A DNA stretch of 64,000 nt from Octopus vulgaris (GCA_951406725.2 OX597814.1:163990001-164054000); one strand, 5' to 3'; positions 1-12,464 are shown, counted from the stretch's first letter. A program made the numbers and translations. The notes: generated by a model not told the origin, from the sequence alone.

Positions 1-21
1 GTGTGTGTGTGTGTGTGTGTG

Positions 22-1050
22 TGCAATGTTTGGAGTCAGTCTATGTCCAAATTTGTATGATTTGTTTTATGTACACATTCTCATACACATGGTTTCACGT
101 CTAGAACTGAGCATGTGGAAAGTATTACACATTTCGAAAGTTCCATTGACGGCTTGTGTTAGCACTCTTCCAATTAGTTTACTCTTCCCTGGTCTTGAGA
201 ACCCTAATTTCTCAAAATTATTACCGGGGCAGTTTTTTTTTTTTACATATCCTGGTGACCCAGTAATTACGGGTATAAATTTGAACTTGTAATCCGGGTA
301 GAGTAGCTGTAAATTTCTCAACAATTCAACGTAGACATTTTCTTTTTCACTGATCCTTCGCTTTGTTAACATCTGCGGGCCAACTAAATTCTGCTATTGT
401 ACATAGTTTCTTTTCTGTGTGCCAAATCACTACGTCTGGCATATAATACCATTTAATGAAGTTTTCAAAGAGTGAGTTCTTGAGTCTTCGATCTTAGGAT
501 TATCCTTCCAAAGGATCTCATTGGTAGATAATAAGGCGATGACATTTTCGGGCAACTGCTTATGATCTGGGTGAAATCTTCGGTGTTAATTTCACAAATT
601 TTGCACACGTTATTACATTTTGATGTTATTTATTTTTTCTTCTTCCGTTTCTGTGCCTTCAGTGCATCAGAAACTTGGTTGTTACTTCCTTTTCCTGGGT
701 TACTAACGCATATCCTTCAAAGTAAAAGTTAGTGATGCGGTTGTTGATCCACGGTTGCTTTAACTATCGATGTTACTGTAAACCTGGAGTTTTCTGCTAA
801 CATTTCCATGCAAGATCTTCTGCTGATAAACGCTCATCCTTCCATCTGATGATATATTGCGTTAGAGTCGTGCAACTTCCTTGGGTATGTAGTCGGTGTT
901 ATCAGACAGGGAATATTTCTCAACGAGCTACTTCCCAAGTCTCGTGATGTTATCCGCCTCGTTATTACAAAATTCATCCATGGATGCACTTCGACACTCG
1001 GCAGTTAAAAGACGTTACCGAAGGGATATGATGTAAAATTCAGAAGTTGC
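22..1050 (-). mobile_element. Degenerate 3' fragment of an RLE-endonuclease non-LTR retrotransposon (R4/Dong/NeSL-like)
   Basis: Minus-strand translation gives FEGYALVTQEKEVTTK, PDVVIWHTEKKLCTIAEFSWPAD (PD..(D/E)..P RLE motif) and KENVYVELLRNLQLLYPDYKFKFIPVITGSPG. Frames are broken. Bounded by (TG)n and (TATG)n; boundaries approximate. Confidence 0.7.
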
Positions 1051-1147
1051 ATGTATGTATGTATGTATGTATGTATGTATGTATGTATGTATGTATGTAT
1101 GTATGTATGTATGTGTGTGTGTGTATGTATGTATGTATGTATGTATG

Positions 1148-1178
<31 letters not shown>

Positions 1179-1222
1179 GTATGCACGTATGTATGTATGT
1201 ATGTATGTATGCGTGTGTGTAT
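1051..1222. repeat. (TATG)n/(TG)n microsatellite
   Basis: Seen directly; source of the spurious MYVC/HTYI ORFs. Confidence 0.95.
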
Positions 1223-1413
1223 GCTGTTTTCTGCTTTTAATTATCAATAATCTTTCTCTGCGGAAGGAGCTGGTGTCTAACAGATACGAAGCTCCGTCGT
1301 TGGAATGGAGATAACAAAAGCAAATTCACATTTTAAGTTTGAGAAAAGTTTTTCATATTTTTACTGTTGTACTCATTATCTGTATTTGTAAAGTGCGAAT
1401 TAGGTGATTACTC

Positions 1414-1997
1414 TGTAAGGAATATGTGAATATCTCCTCTTGCACTTTTGGGGTGCAAGTTGGTGCAATCACTTTCCGTTGCTTTTATATCCAGACTCTA
1501 CCAGTCAAAGAAACACAAAACGCAGACGTAAAAAATAGATATACTTTATTGTTTTATACCGGTGAGAAATCAGTGGTATATCTGATGTCCTTGGTTCTGG
1601 GCGCGCAAGGCTGAAAGTTAATCGATTGTAATATTTACAATGTTCAGCCGCTAAAAACAGAACGGGTCAAAAATGGCGTCCGGAGGAAGAAGATGTTGTC
1701 TGCAACAATTCAGGTTAAAAGTCTTCGGCCAAAAGACTGCTGCTATCAAAACCGGAGAGAGAGCGAATTAAACGTCTGCTTCTATGAAAAGCCTGCCGCT
1801 GTCTGCCGGACGCTAATGGTCAACGCTTTACGCTCCCTTGCCTCTTTGTTAAGGCTCGCGCTCCCTTGCCTCTTTGTTAAGGCTCGCGCTCCCTTGCCTC
1901 TATAAGCTAAGGCCACGTCAGCAAAATTCCCTCTTCCGGACTTCGTGTATTCGCGAGAGGGCGTTGCGCGCGCGCGCTGTTGTATAGGATCACTACA
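1414..1997 (-). repeat. 3' LTR (584 bp)
   Basis: TGTA...TACA; two mismatches seen against 6592-7175; AATAAA on the minus strand near 1545-1550; internal 28-bp tandem repeat (about 2.5 copies). Confidence 0.96.
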
Positions 1998-2010
1998 AAG
2001 CTCCCCTCCA
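1998..2010 (-). other. Polypurine tract (PPT)
   Basis: TGGAGGGGAGCTT on the minus strand directly before the 3' LTR. Confidence 0.8.
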
Positions 2011-2207
2011 GTGCCTAAGCACGAACAACAATTCCTTGTAGTGACCATAAAACTCAAGGTGGATACCAGACAACCAAAATAACAAACAATATAATACATT
2101 AAAACAACAACAAAAAAAATTCACCTTAAAGGTAAAAAGAGAAAAATACTCAAAATGAGCAAAGTTCAATGAGTATTGAACTGTCACTGGGAAGTCAATT
2201 GAAAATG

Positions 2208-5200
2208 TCAAATATAAATAGTTTTGGAAAGTTTTTTCGGCCAGTGAACAGTTCTGCCTGACCTCGTAACATAAGGTCTGTTCGAGGCAGGCTGCGACGA
2301 CGAAGGTGGTGTTGTCGATGTTGGTGTTGATAATGGTGCATGTGTAAATAGTGGTGTTGTCAAAGGTGCATGTGAAGGTTCAACGATGGTTGTGGCAGTG
2401 GGGTCATTAAAAGATGTGGACACCTCAAAATATGCCCTTTTAAGACGATCTACGGAGACGGTCTCCGAACGACCGTTAATTTCAAGTTTGAATACCTTCG
2501 GCGTGCGAGAAATCACACGAAAAGGTCCTTTATAAGGAGAAACAAGAGGTCCTTTGACAGAATCATCACGAATAAAAACATGCGTCCAAGAATTAAGGTC
2601 TGATGGCACACTAGAAGGAGGATTTTGGTGTCGAGGGTCCATAGGAGGAAGGGCAGAAAAATATCTGCGTAATCGAGCAACATAAGACTCTAAATTAAGA
2701 GACTGTGACTTGTCTGGCACCAACATCGTACCAGGCAATGCCAGTGTGGTACCATACAAGTGCTCGGCAGACGAAAAACCAAGGTCTGCTTTAATCGCAG
2801 TCCGACATCCAAGCAGGACGATCGGTAGAAATTCAGTCCATGACTGTGGATTCGGCGAGGCACGCAAAGCGGCCTTAAGTTGCCTATGGAAACGCTCCAC
2901 CATCCCATTAGAAGCGGGGTGGTAACTTGTGGTGCGTATATGATGCATCCCCAGGATTCGTGATAACTCACGAAACAATGCAGACTCGAATTGTCGACCA
3001 CGATCTGTGGTTAAACTGTACGGTACACCATACCTCGAAATCCAATTAGATACGAAAGCCCTCGCAACAGTTCCAGCTGACATGTCTGCTATAGGAATAG
3101 CTTCCGGCCAGCGTGAAAAACGATCAATACAAGTTAAAATGTATGAGAACCCGCAACTCACAGGCCATGGTCCAACCAAATCAAGGTGGATATGGCGAAA
3201 ACGGGCTTCAGGAGAGGAAAATTGTCCAAGTGGAGCACGAACGTGTCTATGGACTTTAGCACTCTGGCACCTCAAACAAGAGCGTGCCCAAGAGGTAATT
3301 GATCGTCGCATATTGAGCCAGAAGAACCGAGCAGTAACAAGCTTTACTGTGGCAGAGATACCTGGATGTGACAGTGAATGAAGAGCATCAAACACAGAAC
3401 GTTGATGTTTCTCAGGTACTAATGGTCTAGGTGAACCGGTAGAAACGTCACAAAGAATAGAGCCTTCCGCTGTAGGGAGCGGAAGGTAGTCAAACTTACA
3501 GTTAATAAACTTAGGCGAAGTTAAATCCAACTCCTCTAAAGGTGGTTGTTCCTGCGAAATAGCAGTTAAATCAATTGCTGCAGGAGAGGAAATGGAATTG
3601 ACAGGGAGTCTAGAGAGAGCATCTGCAGGGACGTTCTCACTGCCTGGCACATGCCTAATGTCACTTGTAAATTGGGAAATATAGTCCAGGTGACGGAAAG
3701 CACGAGGAGAGAGTTTATCCGTTTTAGAAGATAGTGCAAAAGTAAGGGGCTTGTGATCAGTATAAATCACAAACTCTCGTCCCTCGAGCTGGTGTTGAAA
3801 ATGCCGAACTGACAGATAGATCGCTAGTAACTCTCGATCAAAGGTACTATATCTGCGTTCAGCTGGCTTTAGCTGACAAGAAAAGAAAGCTAAAGGTTTA
3901 ACTTCACCCTCTACGGTGTGCTGCAAAACAGCGCCAATTGCAGACTCTGATGCGTCCACAGATAAAGTAAGTGGAGCATTAGGAGCCGGATGTGCCAAAA
4001 TAGGGACTGAAGCTAGTTCCTTTTTAACCAACTCAAAGTCAGACAGTGCTTCAGCCGAAAGAGTAAGACGGGCGTCCTTCTTGGAATTGCCCTTTAGCAT
4101 TTGTGTTAAAGGTAACAACTTGTCCGCACACCGATCTATGAAACGTCTATAGAAATTTACTATGCCTAAAAAATGGCGAAGTTGACGCAAAGAAGAAGGT
4201 GGTGCGATGCGCTGAATAGCATCGACTTTGGATGAGAGTGGTTTGATTCCTCTCGAGTCAATATAATGACCGAGAAAATTAAGAGATGGTTGCCCAAAAA
4301 CACACTTGTCTGGATTAATGCGAACACCATAGTCGCGAAGACGCTGAAAAAGCTGAGACAAGTGCAGGAGATGATTTTCATGCGTATCACTTGCGATTAG
4401 AATATCATCGACATACGCGAATACAAAATCAAGTCCGCGAACAACTTCATCTATAAACCGTTGGAAAGTACTAGTGGCATTCCTCAAACCAAAACTCATA
4501 AATAAAAATTCGAAACAGCCAAAAGGAGTAGTAATTGCTGTTTTAGGAATATCGTCTGAGTTGACCGGTATTTGATAGTAGGCACGTATCAGGTCAACCT
4601 TAGAAAAAATAGTACAGCCATGTAAATTTGCCGAAAAATCGTTTAAAATCCTTATGGGATATTTGTCCGGAATCGTCACCGAATTTAGACGCCGATAATC
4701 TCCCACCGGGCGAAAATCTGTATCCCCTTTTCTTACTAAATGAAGGGGAGATGCCCATGGACTGGTGGAGGGGCGTATCAGACCGAGCTGGAGCATATGC
4801 TCAAACTCAGCCCTAGCAGTTTTAAGTCGATCAGGTGCAAGACGCCTTGGACGTGAAAAAACAGGAGGTCCAGTTGTTGTTATAAAGTGTCGTGTCGAAT
4901 GCAATGGCTTAGCCACCCTAAAGGTAACATCATATAGCTCTGGAAAAGAAGCTAAAAGAGAGTGAAAAACATCTCCAGATGTACCGACAAAAAATGTCGG
5001 GCTAAGAGCTAAATTGGTAGATTCTCCGGTCGGCGTGGAGAGTGTAGTCGAACTATCGACCAACCTCCGACGTCTGACATCTACCAACAAATCAAATTTA
5101 TCCAGAAAATCCGCACCTAAAATAGGATGCGGAATGTCGGCAATGACAAAATCCCATTGAAAGTCTCGTCGAAAACCAATATCAAGGCGCAACGAGATCT

Positions 5201-5420
5201 GACCGAATGTGGCTATTGGTGACGAGTCAATAGCGTGCAAGATGACGTTAGATCGCTTTGGCCTGTCGGTTGTGCAACACAGAGGCCAAATACTGCAACA
5301 AAAACCAGTGTCCACCATGAAGTTTTTCTTCGACACTAGATCTTTAACAAAGAATGCACGATAACCAGAAAATGTTGTGGAGGAAGTTGACGTGCTCAAA
5401 TTCTCCGAATCTAGTTTAAA
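2208..5420 (-). CDS. pol: Pol polyprotein (protease, RT, RNase H, integrase); intact ORF probably entered by -1 frameshift
   Basis: Protease VDTG; RT LIRAYYQ...FGLRNA...YVDD; RNase H DAS...ELLAI...TDH; integrase H-x3-H...CLRC, DLVGP/DRG/VERFH, GPF module. No ATG start; frame is open back to the slippery site at 5420. Confidence 0.95.
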   Translation of the reverse strand, partial: FKLDSENLSTSTSSTTFSGYRAFFVKDLVSKKNFMVDTGFCCSIWPLCCTTDRPKRSNVILHAIDSSPIATFGQISLRLDIGFRRDFQWDFVIADIPHPILGADFLDKFDLLVDVRRRRLVDSSTTLSTPTGESTNLALSPTFFVGTSGDVFHSLLASFPELYDVTFRVAKPLHSTRHFITTTGPPVFSRPRRLAPDRLKTARAEFEHMLQLGLIRPSTSPWASPLHLVRKGDTDFRPVGDYRRLNSVTIPDKYPIRILNDFSANLHGCTIFSKVDLIRAYYQIPVNSDDIPKTAITTPFGCFEFLFMSFGLRNATSTFQRFIDEVVRGLDFVFAYVDDILIASDTHENHLLHLSQLFQRLRDYGVRINPDKCVFGQPSLNFLGHYIDSRGIKPLSSKVDAIQRIAPPSSLRQLRHFLGIVNFYRRFIDRCADKLLPLTQMLKGNSKKDARLTLSAEALSDFELVKKELASVPILAHPAPNAPLTLSVDASESAIGAVLQHTVEGEVKPLAFFSCQLKPAERRYSTFDRELLAIYLSVRHFQHQLEGREFVIYTDHKPLTFALSSKTDKLSPRAFRHLDYISQFTSDIRHVPGSENVPADALSRLPVNSISSPAAIDLTAISQEQPPLEELDLTSPKFINCKFDYLPLPTAEGSILCDVSTGSPRPLVPEKHQRSVFDALHSLSHPGISATVKLVTARFFWLNMRRSITSWARSCLRCQSAKVHRHVRAPLGQFSSPEARFRHIHLDLVGPWPVSCGFSYILTCIDRFSRWPEAIPIADMSAGTVARAFVSNWISRYGVPYSLTTDRGRQFESALFRELSRILGMHHIRTTSYHPASNGMVERFHRQLKAALRASPNPQSWTEFLPIVLLGCRTAIKADLGFSSAEHLYGTTLALPGTMLVPDKSQSLNLESYVARLRRYFSALPPMDPRHQNPPSSVPSDLNSWTHVFIRDDSVKGPLVSPYKGPFRVISRTPKVFKLEINGRSETVSVDRLKRAYFEVSTSFNDPTATTIVEPSHAPLTTPLFTHAPLSTPTSTTPPSSSQPASNRPYVTRSGRTVHWPKKLSKTIYI

Positions 5421-6159
5421 GACTTATAAGTGCATGGCTGTGTGCACCTATGTGCATTCTCTCCATACTTGGAGTGGTAACAACACAGTCCAGACTTAGA
5501 CTGTGTTGATCTCGAGGATGAACGACTGCGACTCCGCGATTTTGAAGATCGCTTACCATCGCGACACATCGCGTCCATCCTTTTAGTGAGGGTTTCTATT
5601 AGTTTAGAAAGCCCCTCAATTGAGGCCGAAGAGGTTTGTGAACAGGCACAAGCAGACCGTGACGATGGTTGAACGGCAAATTCAACCATCTTATCAGCCA
5701 TCGTTGCTATTTGGTCCACTGTATTTGTCTCTAAGCCGGTTGCCAAAACGGTCTGTATATAGGCGGGCAACCTCGAAAAAAAAAAATCTTCCGAAGGAGG
5801 GGGGCGTCTGATGCATTACCACTTAACTCCCTCAGTCTTCGTAAAAATTCTGACGGAGTTCTATCCCCTAGTTGCTCATCTGCCATTAACTCGTTGAAAC
5901 GACTTTCCTCGCTTCGTGTATTTCTTTTTTCAACCTCTAATTTAACAGACGCATAAGTAGCGCCTGGACTAGGGTCTGTGATAAGGTCCCTTGCTGAAGA
6001 TGCCAGTTGCGGCGGCATGCAACCATAAAGGTTTTGCAACTGCTGCTCGGGAGTAATACTTTGTGCACGAAATTGTGCCTCTAACTGTGAAAACCACAGT
6101 GTGGCATCACCTGTAAAAGTAGGTAACGAACCCATAAACATTTGTAGCCTTTTATTCAC
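5411..6159 (-). CDS. gag: Gag, split into two ORFs at the homopolymer 5776-5786
   Basis: N-part [19 protein letters not shown]...[13 protein letters not shown]; C-part LPAYIQTVL...[18 protein letters not shown] (C-x2-H-x9-C-x3-C). Start codon uncertain. Confidence 0.88.
5414..5420 (-). promoter_or_regulatory. -1 ribosomal frameshift slippery heptamer U UUA AAC
   Basis: Directly precedes the gag TAG; a -1 slip enters the pol frame (TTT AAA CTA GAT TCG GAG AAT TTG). Confidence 0.85.
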
Positions 6160-6578
6160 TAGATGACTCTGTCAAATGGAAAAAAGAAAACTGACAACGA
6201 ACCAACGCTGAACAGACGCAACAAGGAAAAACAAAGGGAAAAAAAAGAAAGGAAGAAAGAAAGAAAGACCAACAATTGAACCAATAAATTTTGAATGTGC
6301 AATTTACAAAAAAAAAAATGTTTTTTTTTTTTGTTTGTACTGTGTGCACAGAGAATAGAAAAAAATTCTTTTCTTTTTTTTGTTTTTTTACCAACCTTCG
6401 TCGCGTTTTAATCGAGAAAAAAAAATTTCTTCTCTTTTTTTTTTTTTTTTTTTTCTTCCGTGCGTGAGTGCAGATGAAGAAACAAACTGTTGAAAGGGAC
6501 TGGAAAACAGGTTGGTCGTGTTTCAGACTTGGCAGAAAAACTGGATTTTTTTCTTTTTGTTGAGTGTTCTCTGGAACT

Positions 6579-6590
6579 TCGGGGTCACCA
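6579..6590 (-). promoter_or_regulatory. Primer binding site, tRNA-Trp
   Basis: TGGTGACCCCGA, 1 nt from the 5' LTR; complementary to the tRNA-Trp 3' end (...UCGGGGUCACCA). Confidence 0.88.
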
Positions 6591-6591
6591 C

Positions 6592-7175
6592 TGTAGGGAA
6601 TATGTGAATATCTCCTCTTGCACTTTTGGGGTGCAAGTTGGTGCAATCACTTTCCGTTGCTTTTATATCCAAACTCTACCAGTCAAAGAAACACAAAACG
6701 CAGACGTAAAAAATAGATATACTTTATTGTTTTATACCGGTGAGAAATCAGTGGTATATCTGATGTCCTTGGTTCTGGGCGCGCAAGGCTGAAAGTTAAT
6801 CGATTGTAATATTTACAATGTTCAGCCGCTAAAAACAGAACGGGTCAAAAATGGCGTCCGGAGGAAGAAGATGTTGTCTGCAACAATTCAGGTTAAAAGT
6901 CTTCGGCCAAAAGACTGCTGCTATCAAAACCGGAGAGAGAGCGAATTAAACGTCTGCTTCTATGAAAAGCCTGCCGCTGTCTGCCGGACGCTAATGGTCA
7001 ACGCTTTACGCTCCCTTGCCTCTTTGTTAAGGCTCGCGCTCCCTTGCCTCTTTGTTAAGGCTCGCGCTCCCTTGCCTCTATAAGCTAAGGCCACGTCAGC
7101 AAAATTCCCTCTTCCGGACTTCGTGTATTCGCGAGAGGGCGTTGCGCGCGCGCGCTGTTGTATAGGATCACTACA
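6592..7175 (-). repeat. 5' LTR (584 bp)
   Basis: Near-identical to 1414-1997. Confidence 0.96.
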
Positions 7176-7590
7176 ACTCTTTTACTCTTTTACTCTTTTA
7201 CTTGTTTCAGTCATTTGACTGCGGCCATGCTGGAGCACTGCCCTTTAGTCGAGTAAATCGACCCCAGGACTTAGTCTTTGTAAGCCTAGTACTTATTCTA
7301 TCAGTCTTTATTGCTGAACTGCTAAGTTACGGGGACGTAAACACACCACCATCGGTTGTCAAGCAATGGTGGGGTGACAAACACAGACACACAAACATAT
7401 ACACACATACATATACATACATACATATATACGACGGGCTTCTTCCAGTTTCCGTCTACCAAATCCACTCACAAGGCTTTGGTCGGCCCGGGGCTATAGT
7501 AGAAGACACTTGCCCAAGGTGCCACGCAGTGGGACTGAACCCGGAGCCATGTGGTTGGTAAGCAAGCTACTTACCACACAGCCACTCTTG
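7176..7590 (-). mobile_element. tRNA-derived SINE, family A (CORE-like domain, internal microsatellite)
   Basis: Head with A/B boxes (TGGCTGTGTGG...GGGTTCAGTCCC), CCTTGGGCAAGT CORE-like motif, (AGAGTAAA)n tail; many copies in the window. Confidence 0.85.
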
Positions 7591-8260
7591 ATTTCTTTTT
7601 CTGAAATTCTGGCATATCCAGATTGAGTCTTAGACATTTACTTACAAAAACAAATGCACCAATTGTTTTTGGTATAAATATGAATTTATAACCCGGATAT
7701 AGAAGCTGGTGGTTTTGAAGCAGTTGTCCGTAGTTATCTTCTTTCTCTTTGACATATTCGTCTCAGCAGAAAACAACATACATACATACAGACTTATATG
7801 GTGGTACATACTTTTTATTAACTGTCCCATATAACAATATCCTGCTGGTTATGTTTACACTTGATGGATGTTTTGATAGAAACGTTCCACCAATATTGTG
7901 AATGTGTTCAATAACAGGGAAATTCTCTATATTTATACCGAGACAATGTTTTTTCGAATGGCATTATATATTGTTTTAGCGAAGTCATGTTCCTTTGAGA
8001 GAGATATTACCTTCATGACATTTTTGGGCGACTGCTAATCACATGTGATGTCTTCCACAGAAATATGACATAATCTGCATTTTCGGTTGCATTTTGGAGC
8101 TCCAAGGGCTTCACTGTCTCTTTTATTTGCTAGGTGTTTCATAGCAATTTCCGATTCTTGGAATGCAAATGCATAGCCTTTGAAAGGTAATGTGGTGTAG
8201 CGGTAACGAGTCTAAGACTTCATTTCCATATTACTGTCTTTTTTTCTTAATGTTATTAAT
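7591..8260 (-). mobile_element. Second degenerate RLE-type LINE 3' fragment
   Basis: FKGYAFAFQESEIAMK, CRLCHISVEDITHVIS (CCHC-finger relic), DIVIWD, QLLYPGYKFIFIP; homologous to 22-1050. Confidence 0.7.
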
Positions 8261-8614
8261 TCAAATATCGCCGAGGTCGCCTTTGCCTTTCATCCTTTCT
8301 GGGTCGAGGAAATAAATACCATTCGACCACTGGGATCGATTTAATCAATTATCCCCTCTCCCCAAAAATTCAGATATTCTACTGTCTTCTTGGTGTCTTC
8401 GGGAAATATTCTTATGCATAATCATTTTCTGATATGCTGAGCATTTCACATCCAAGTCTTCTTTGTGATATGTTAACCCGGCTGTTTTGTGGTTGTATGG
8501 GAGATGATCAGGAAAAGAGTGTTTCTTGAAAACCTCACTGCCGAGACGTGGGATGTTGTCCTCTTCATTTTCAGCACTAAGTTTATGCATTTATTTTTGC
8601 TGCTACTATGAATG

Positions 8615-8860
8615 TATATATACATGCATGTGTGCGTATGTATGTATGTATGTATGTATGTATGTATGTATGTATGTATGTATGTATGTATGTATTTATG
8701 TATGTATGTATGTGTATGCATGCATGCATATATGTATGTGTGTGTATGTATGCATGTATGGATGGATAGATAGATAGAGAGAAAGAGAGTATGTGTGCGT
8801 ATGTATGTATGCATGCATATATTATGTGTGTGTATGTATGCATGTATGGATGGATGGATG

Positions 8861-8929
<69 letters not shown>

Positions 8930-8930
8930 T
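8615..8930. repeat. Compound (TATG)n/(GATA)n/(GA)n microsatellite
   Basis: Seen directly. Confidence 0.9.
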
Positions 8931-9744
8931 AGCATTTGATTTTCTCTGTTTTCTTTTGAGTTCTTTCTGCAATTTTAAATACCATTAAATTAAGATATTC
9001 AAATTTTCAATGTTAAACCTCAAAATTAATTTTGAATTATTTTAGAGTTGTACAGTATATTTATTTGTACTTAGTTGCTTCACTAATTATAATTTGATAA
9101 AACAGATAGGGCTCTCGTATAATGTATTTTTCAAATCCCGCATTATGTGGTATGACTAATGTCAATGCGAACCAATGATCCTTTGGCCCGCAAATTCACA
9201 TTTTACCGACTCATTTACCTACTTATCGTTCATTGATAAATACTTCTGATTATGAAAAAGTAATTGACCTAATCAAATATTTAGTGAAAAAATATATTAA
9301 AATATCGTTGGAGAAGTTTATTATTAAATATTATTAAAGAATGTAATCTGTTAACACCACCTAAGATTTTTAACATATTCCAAGAATTTTGAACTTGTCT
9401 CAAAAATTTCTCAAACAATTATTCCGGGTGTAGGTTAATTTAACTTCATATTTCATAATTCGTTTAATTAATATTAATTTTTTTGATGGAGTAAGAGTTA
9501 GGCTTCTAAAGAGTAATGTCGTAGATGCTGTTTCAATACTTGGCAAAAGCCAATTCGCTTCTCTTATGTTGCTAGTCTCCTTGAGAAAGGCATGAACAAC
9601 ACATATTCTCATTACCCTTTTTCCATAAAATATTGTCTTATGTGTTTAGTGATAAAGAAATTAGTTATACTTAATAGATCTTTAATAACATCATTACACA
9701 CAAAGTGTTTATCTTTACAAGACTGAAAGTCGATTCTTTTACAT

Positions 9745-9993
9745 ATATATAACTTAGAATAACTTAGAAAGGTTTTGGCCAGTATGGGCCCAGGCCGTAT
9801 CTAACTTAATTGCACCACCTGACGAAGTCTTTCAATTCAGGATTTGGGCACCAAGGCCCATTCGAGCAGAGAGTTATTGTTTGCGGAGACATATCCAGGT
9901 GTGGGTGGTTTGTCTGGGACTGTTTGAAGGAATTTGTCCAAAGACTTTTTGAATTTTGTGTGGTCAGTTTCTGTTTTGACGTGTCCTGGTGTA
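9745..9993 (-). mobile_element. 3' end of a CR1-like LINE, heavily 5'-truncated
   Basis: Encodes [42 protein letters not shown], typical of CR1-group ORF2 C-termini; short CTAAGTTAT repeat tail. Confidence 0.65.
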
Positions 9994-10054
9994 ATATATA
10001 TATATAAACATAAATATATGTATGTATATATGTATGTATGTATATATATATATA

Positions 10055-10106
<52 letters not shown>

Positions 10107-10360
10107 CATACATATATACATACATATATTTATGTTTATATATATATATTACACCAGGACACGTCAAAACAGAAACTGACCACACAAAATTCAAAAAGTC
10201 TTTGGACAAATTCCTTCAAACAGTCCCAGACAAACCACCCACACCTGGATATGTCTCCGCAAACAATAACTCTCTGCTCGAATGGGCCTTGGTGCCCAAA
10301 TCCTGAATTGAAAGACTTCGTCAGGTGGTGCAATTAAGTTAGACACGGCCTGGGCCCATA
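9783..10360. repeat. Near-perfect inverted duplication, about 580 bp, centred on (TA)n
   Basis: Arms of about 270 bp are reverse complements; one mismatch seen in the non-microsatellite part. Confidence 0.95.
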
Positions 10361-10389
10361 TATATATATATAATATATAATATTTAATT

Positions 10390-10570
10390 TAGGGGTGGGG
10401 GTAAGCCGATTATATTAACCCCAGTGTCAATTGGTACTTATTTTATCAACTCCGAAAGGACAAAAAGCAAAGCCGACATCGGCAGAATTTGGACTCGAAA
10501 TGTAAAGATGGACGAAATGCCGCTAATCATTTTACCTGGCGTGCTAACAATTCTTCTTTTCGTCGCCTTA
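10390..10570 (-). mobile_element. SINE family B (Nin-like domain)
   Basis: Reverse-complement match to 12465-12675 and 16253-16405. Confidence 0.75.
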
Positions 10571-10798
10571 AACTGTTATCTAATAAAACAAGGGACATTT
10601 ACTCAAACTGAGAAAATTTCTTCTCAGCAGAAATTGATGTTCCCTGGTATTCAACATAAAATGTTTATTGAAATACTATGATCTTGTGAGACACCGAAAA
10701 TGGGGTTCCACTTCATAAGTAACCTAAACTCAGAGTGAACAGTCGATGAGAATTTAGTTCGTAGAGATGTACTCTGTTTTCACGCCTACTAAAAGGGT

Positions 10799-10817
10799 TG
10801 TAGCGTACGCTTAGTGA

Positions 10818-10898
<81 letters not shown>

Positions 10899-11921
10899 AT
10901 ATATAACATAAATACGGACGTAGCAGATAACAGCTAACCTTCGGCCGCTTGGGCCCTGTTGTATCCACTACTCTGATTGGTTGGTATTGGCGTAATTTGT
11001 CTCATGATCTATTACGCGCCAAAGTGCAACCCAACCAATCGCAGCCTTCTGATAAGGTCCCGTGACACAGTCTTCTAAATTCTCTGTTGGAGCTTCCTAG
11101 TTTCCTATTAAAAGCTAGATCAACAAACCGTATTTCGTTTTTGATAGACCTCCTAAGGTCCAACCACTGACCACAGAGCACACAGCCAGTTTCAACGACA
11201 ACACCAACACCAGCAACAACATGGAGAAACATCAACAACTTCGTCTAGCAGCATTCTGGACCTCCACCTCCATCGTCTTCATCTTAACGTCGCCTCCATC
11301 TCCATCGCCTTCATCAGCAACGACACCAACAACATCTCTACGTACACAGCACCATTCGCCCAGGTTTAATTTCTCACTGTTTGTGAATTACTTCCCCATG
11401 GTTAACAGTAAGCTCAACCTGCGAGAACCTTTTGTACCAAGTAACCCGGCAGCAGCATTGTAGCCACAACCTCTTACACAACATGTGCAGTAACCGGCTC
11501 TGCCTTTTTCGCCTCAAATTCTTGTTATATCTTCTTCAACTAATGTGTACCTGACTACGAACTGCTATTTATCTTCATTGTGTCTGAACTTCTAACGTCC
11601 TGTCATAAACTCTTTCTATGCTCTGTATTTTATCTCACACGCATACACCCTTGTTTGTACACACACATACACATTATGTATGCTTGACGGCCTGTCTATT
11701 ATTGTTCTTATTATATATGTACTTATGACGCACACACAGACACACACTCTGCTAACATCTAACTAGAACCTTTCTCTTAACATTCTACGGTTGTGTCGTC
11801 TTTCTTTTCCTTTTGGCACTCATACTCATTTATCCATTTTTTGCTTTTATTGTAAGCGACCGTGCGGTGTATTAAAGGAGTGATTCATTCGTCACCTCTC
11901 CTTTCGCACGGTCGTTCTACA
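10799..11921 (+). mobile_element. Probable solo LTR, about 1.12 kb
   Basis: TGTAG...CTACA termini; flanks GGGT/GAGT (3 of 4 match); ATTAAA about 50 nt from the 3' end; no coding motifs. Confidence 0.6.
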
Positions 11922-12464
11922 GAGTATTCCATGAAAACGTTATTTGATAGTAGTAAATAATAATTTTAATCTCCTTTGAAACAAGGATAATATTGTAAAA
12001 TTCTAACACAAATATATCTCTTTATATTGCATTGTCTCATATTAGAAACCTACTTATGTGACGCTTTTGCCTGAGAATAAAGACCCTGTATTTTAGAAGA
12101 GGAGAAATGGGTTATTCGAGGCGTTGGTTTCTTTTTGCAACGCATAAGATGTGAATAAAGTAAAATGCTTTCAATCACATCACAAACTCATTTTCCTTAA
12201 AAGGTGCTTCGCGCTTAAAGCAAATTGTCGATAATTGGAAGCAAATTATGATTAAATGAACTTACTTGTTCACTGTTGTTTGGTGGACTGCTATCACTGA
12301 GTTTAAATGCTACAAAAGCTTCAATAATTAGTCTCAGTCGAAAATTAGTATAATAAAAACTACGGTTGTTGCGATTCTCATGAAAATATTGCACAGGAAA
12401 AAGTCACAAAAACTATCCATACATGCAGCTATTTGACCTGGTAATATTCTAAGTTATACGAAGT

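Larger units (their letters stand above)
1414..7175 (-). mobile_element. Full-length Ty3/Gypsy LTR retrotransposon, CsRn1 clade
   Basis: Two 584-bp TG...CA LTRs, 4-bp TSD ACTC (1410-1413 and 7176-7179), tRNA-Trp PBS, PPT, CHCC gag, and pol in PR-RT-RH-IN order. Confidence 0.96.

Noticed and set aside
1005-1314. ORFs rich in MYVC/HTYI/YIYI (also near 8473-8985, 44366-44674, 56796-57440)
   Set aside because: Translations of microsatellites.
1426-1905. Duplicated short ORFs (also 6490-7083)
   Set aside because: They lie inside the LTRs; duplication is explained by the LTRs and no motifs are present.
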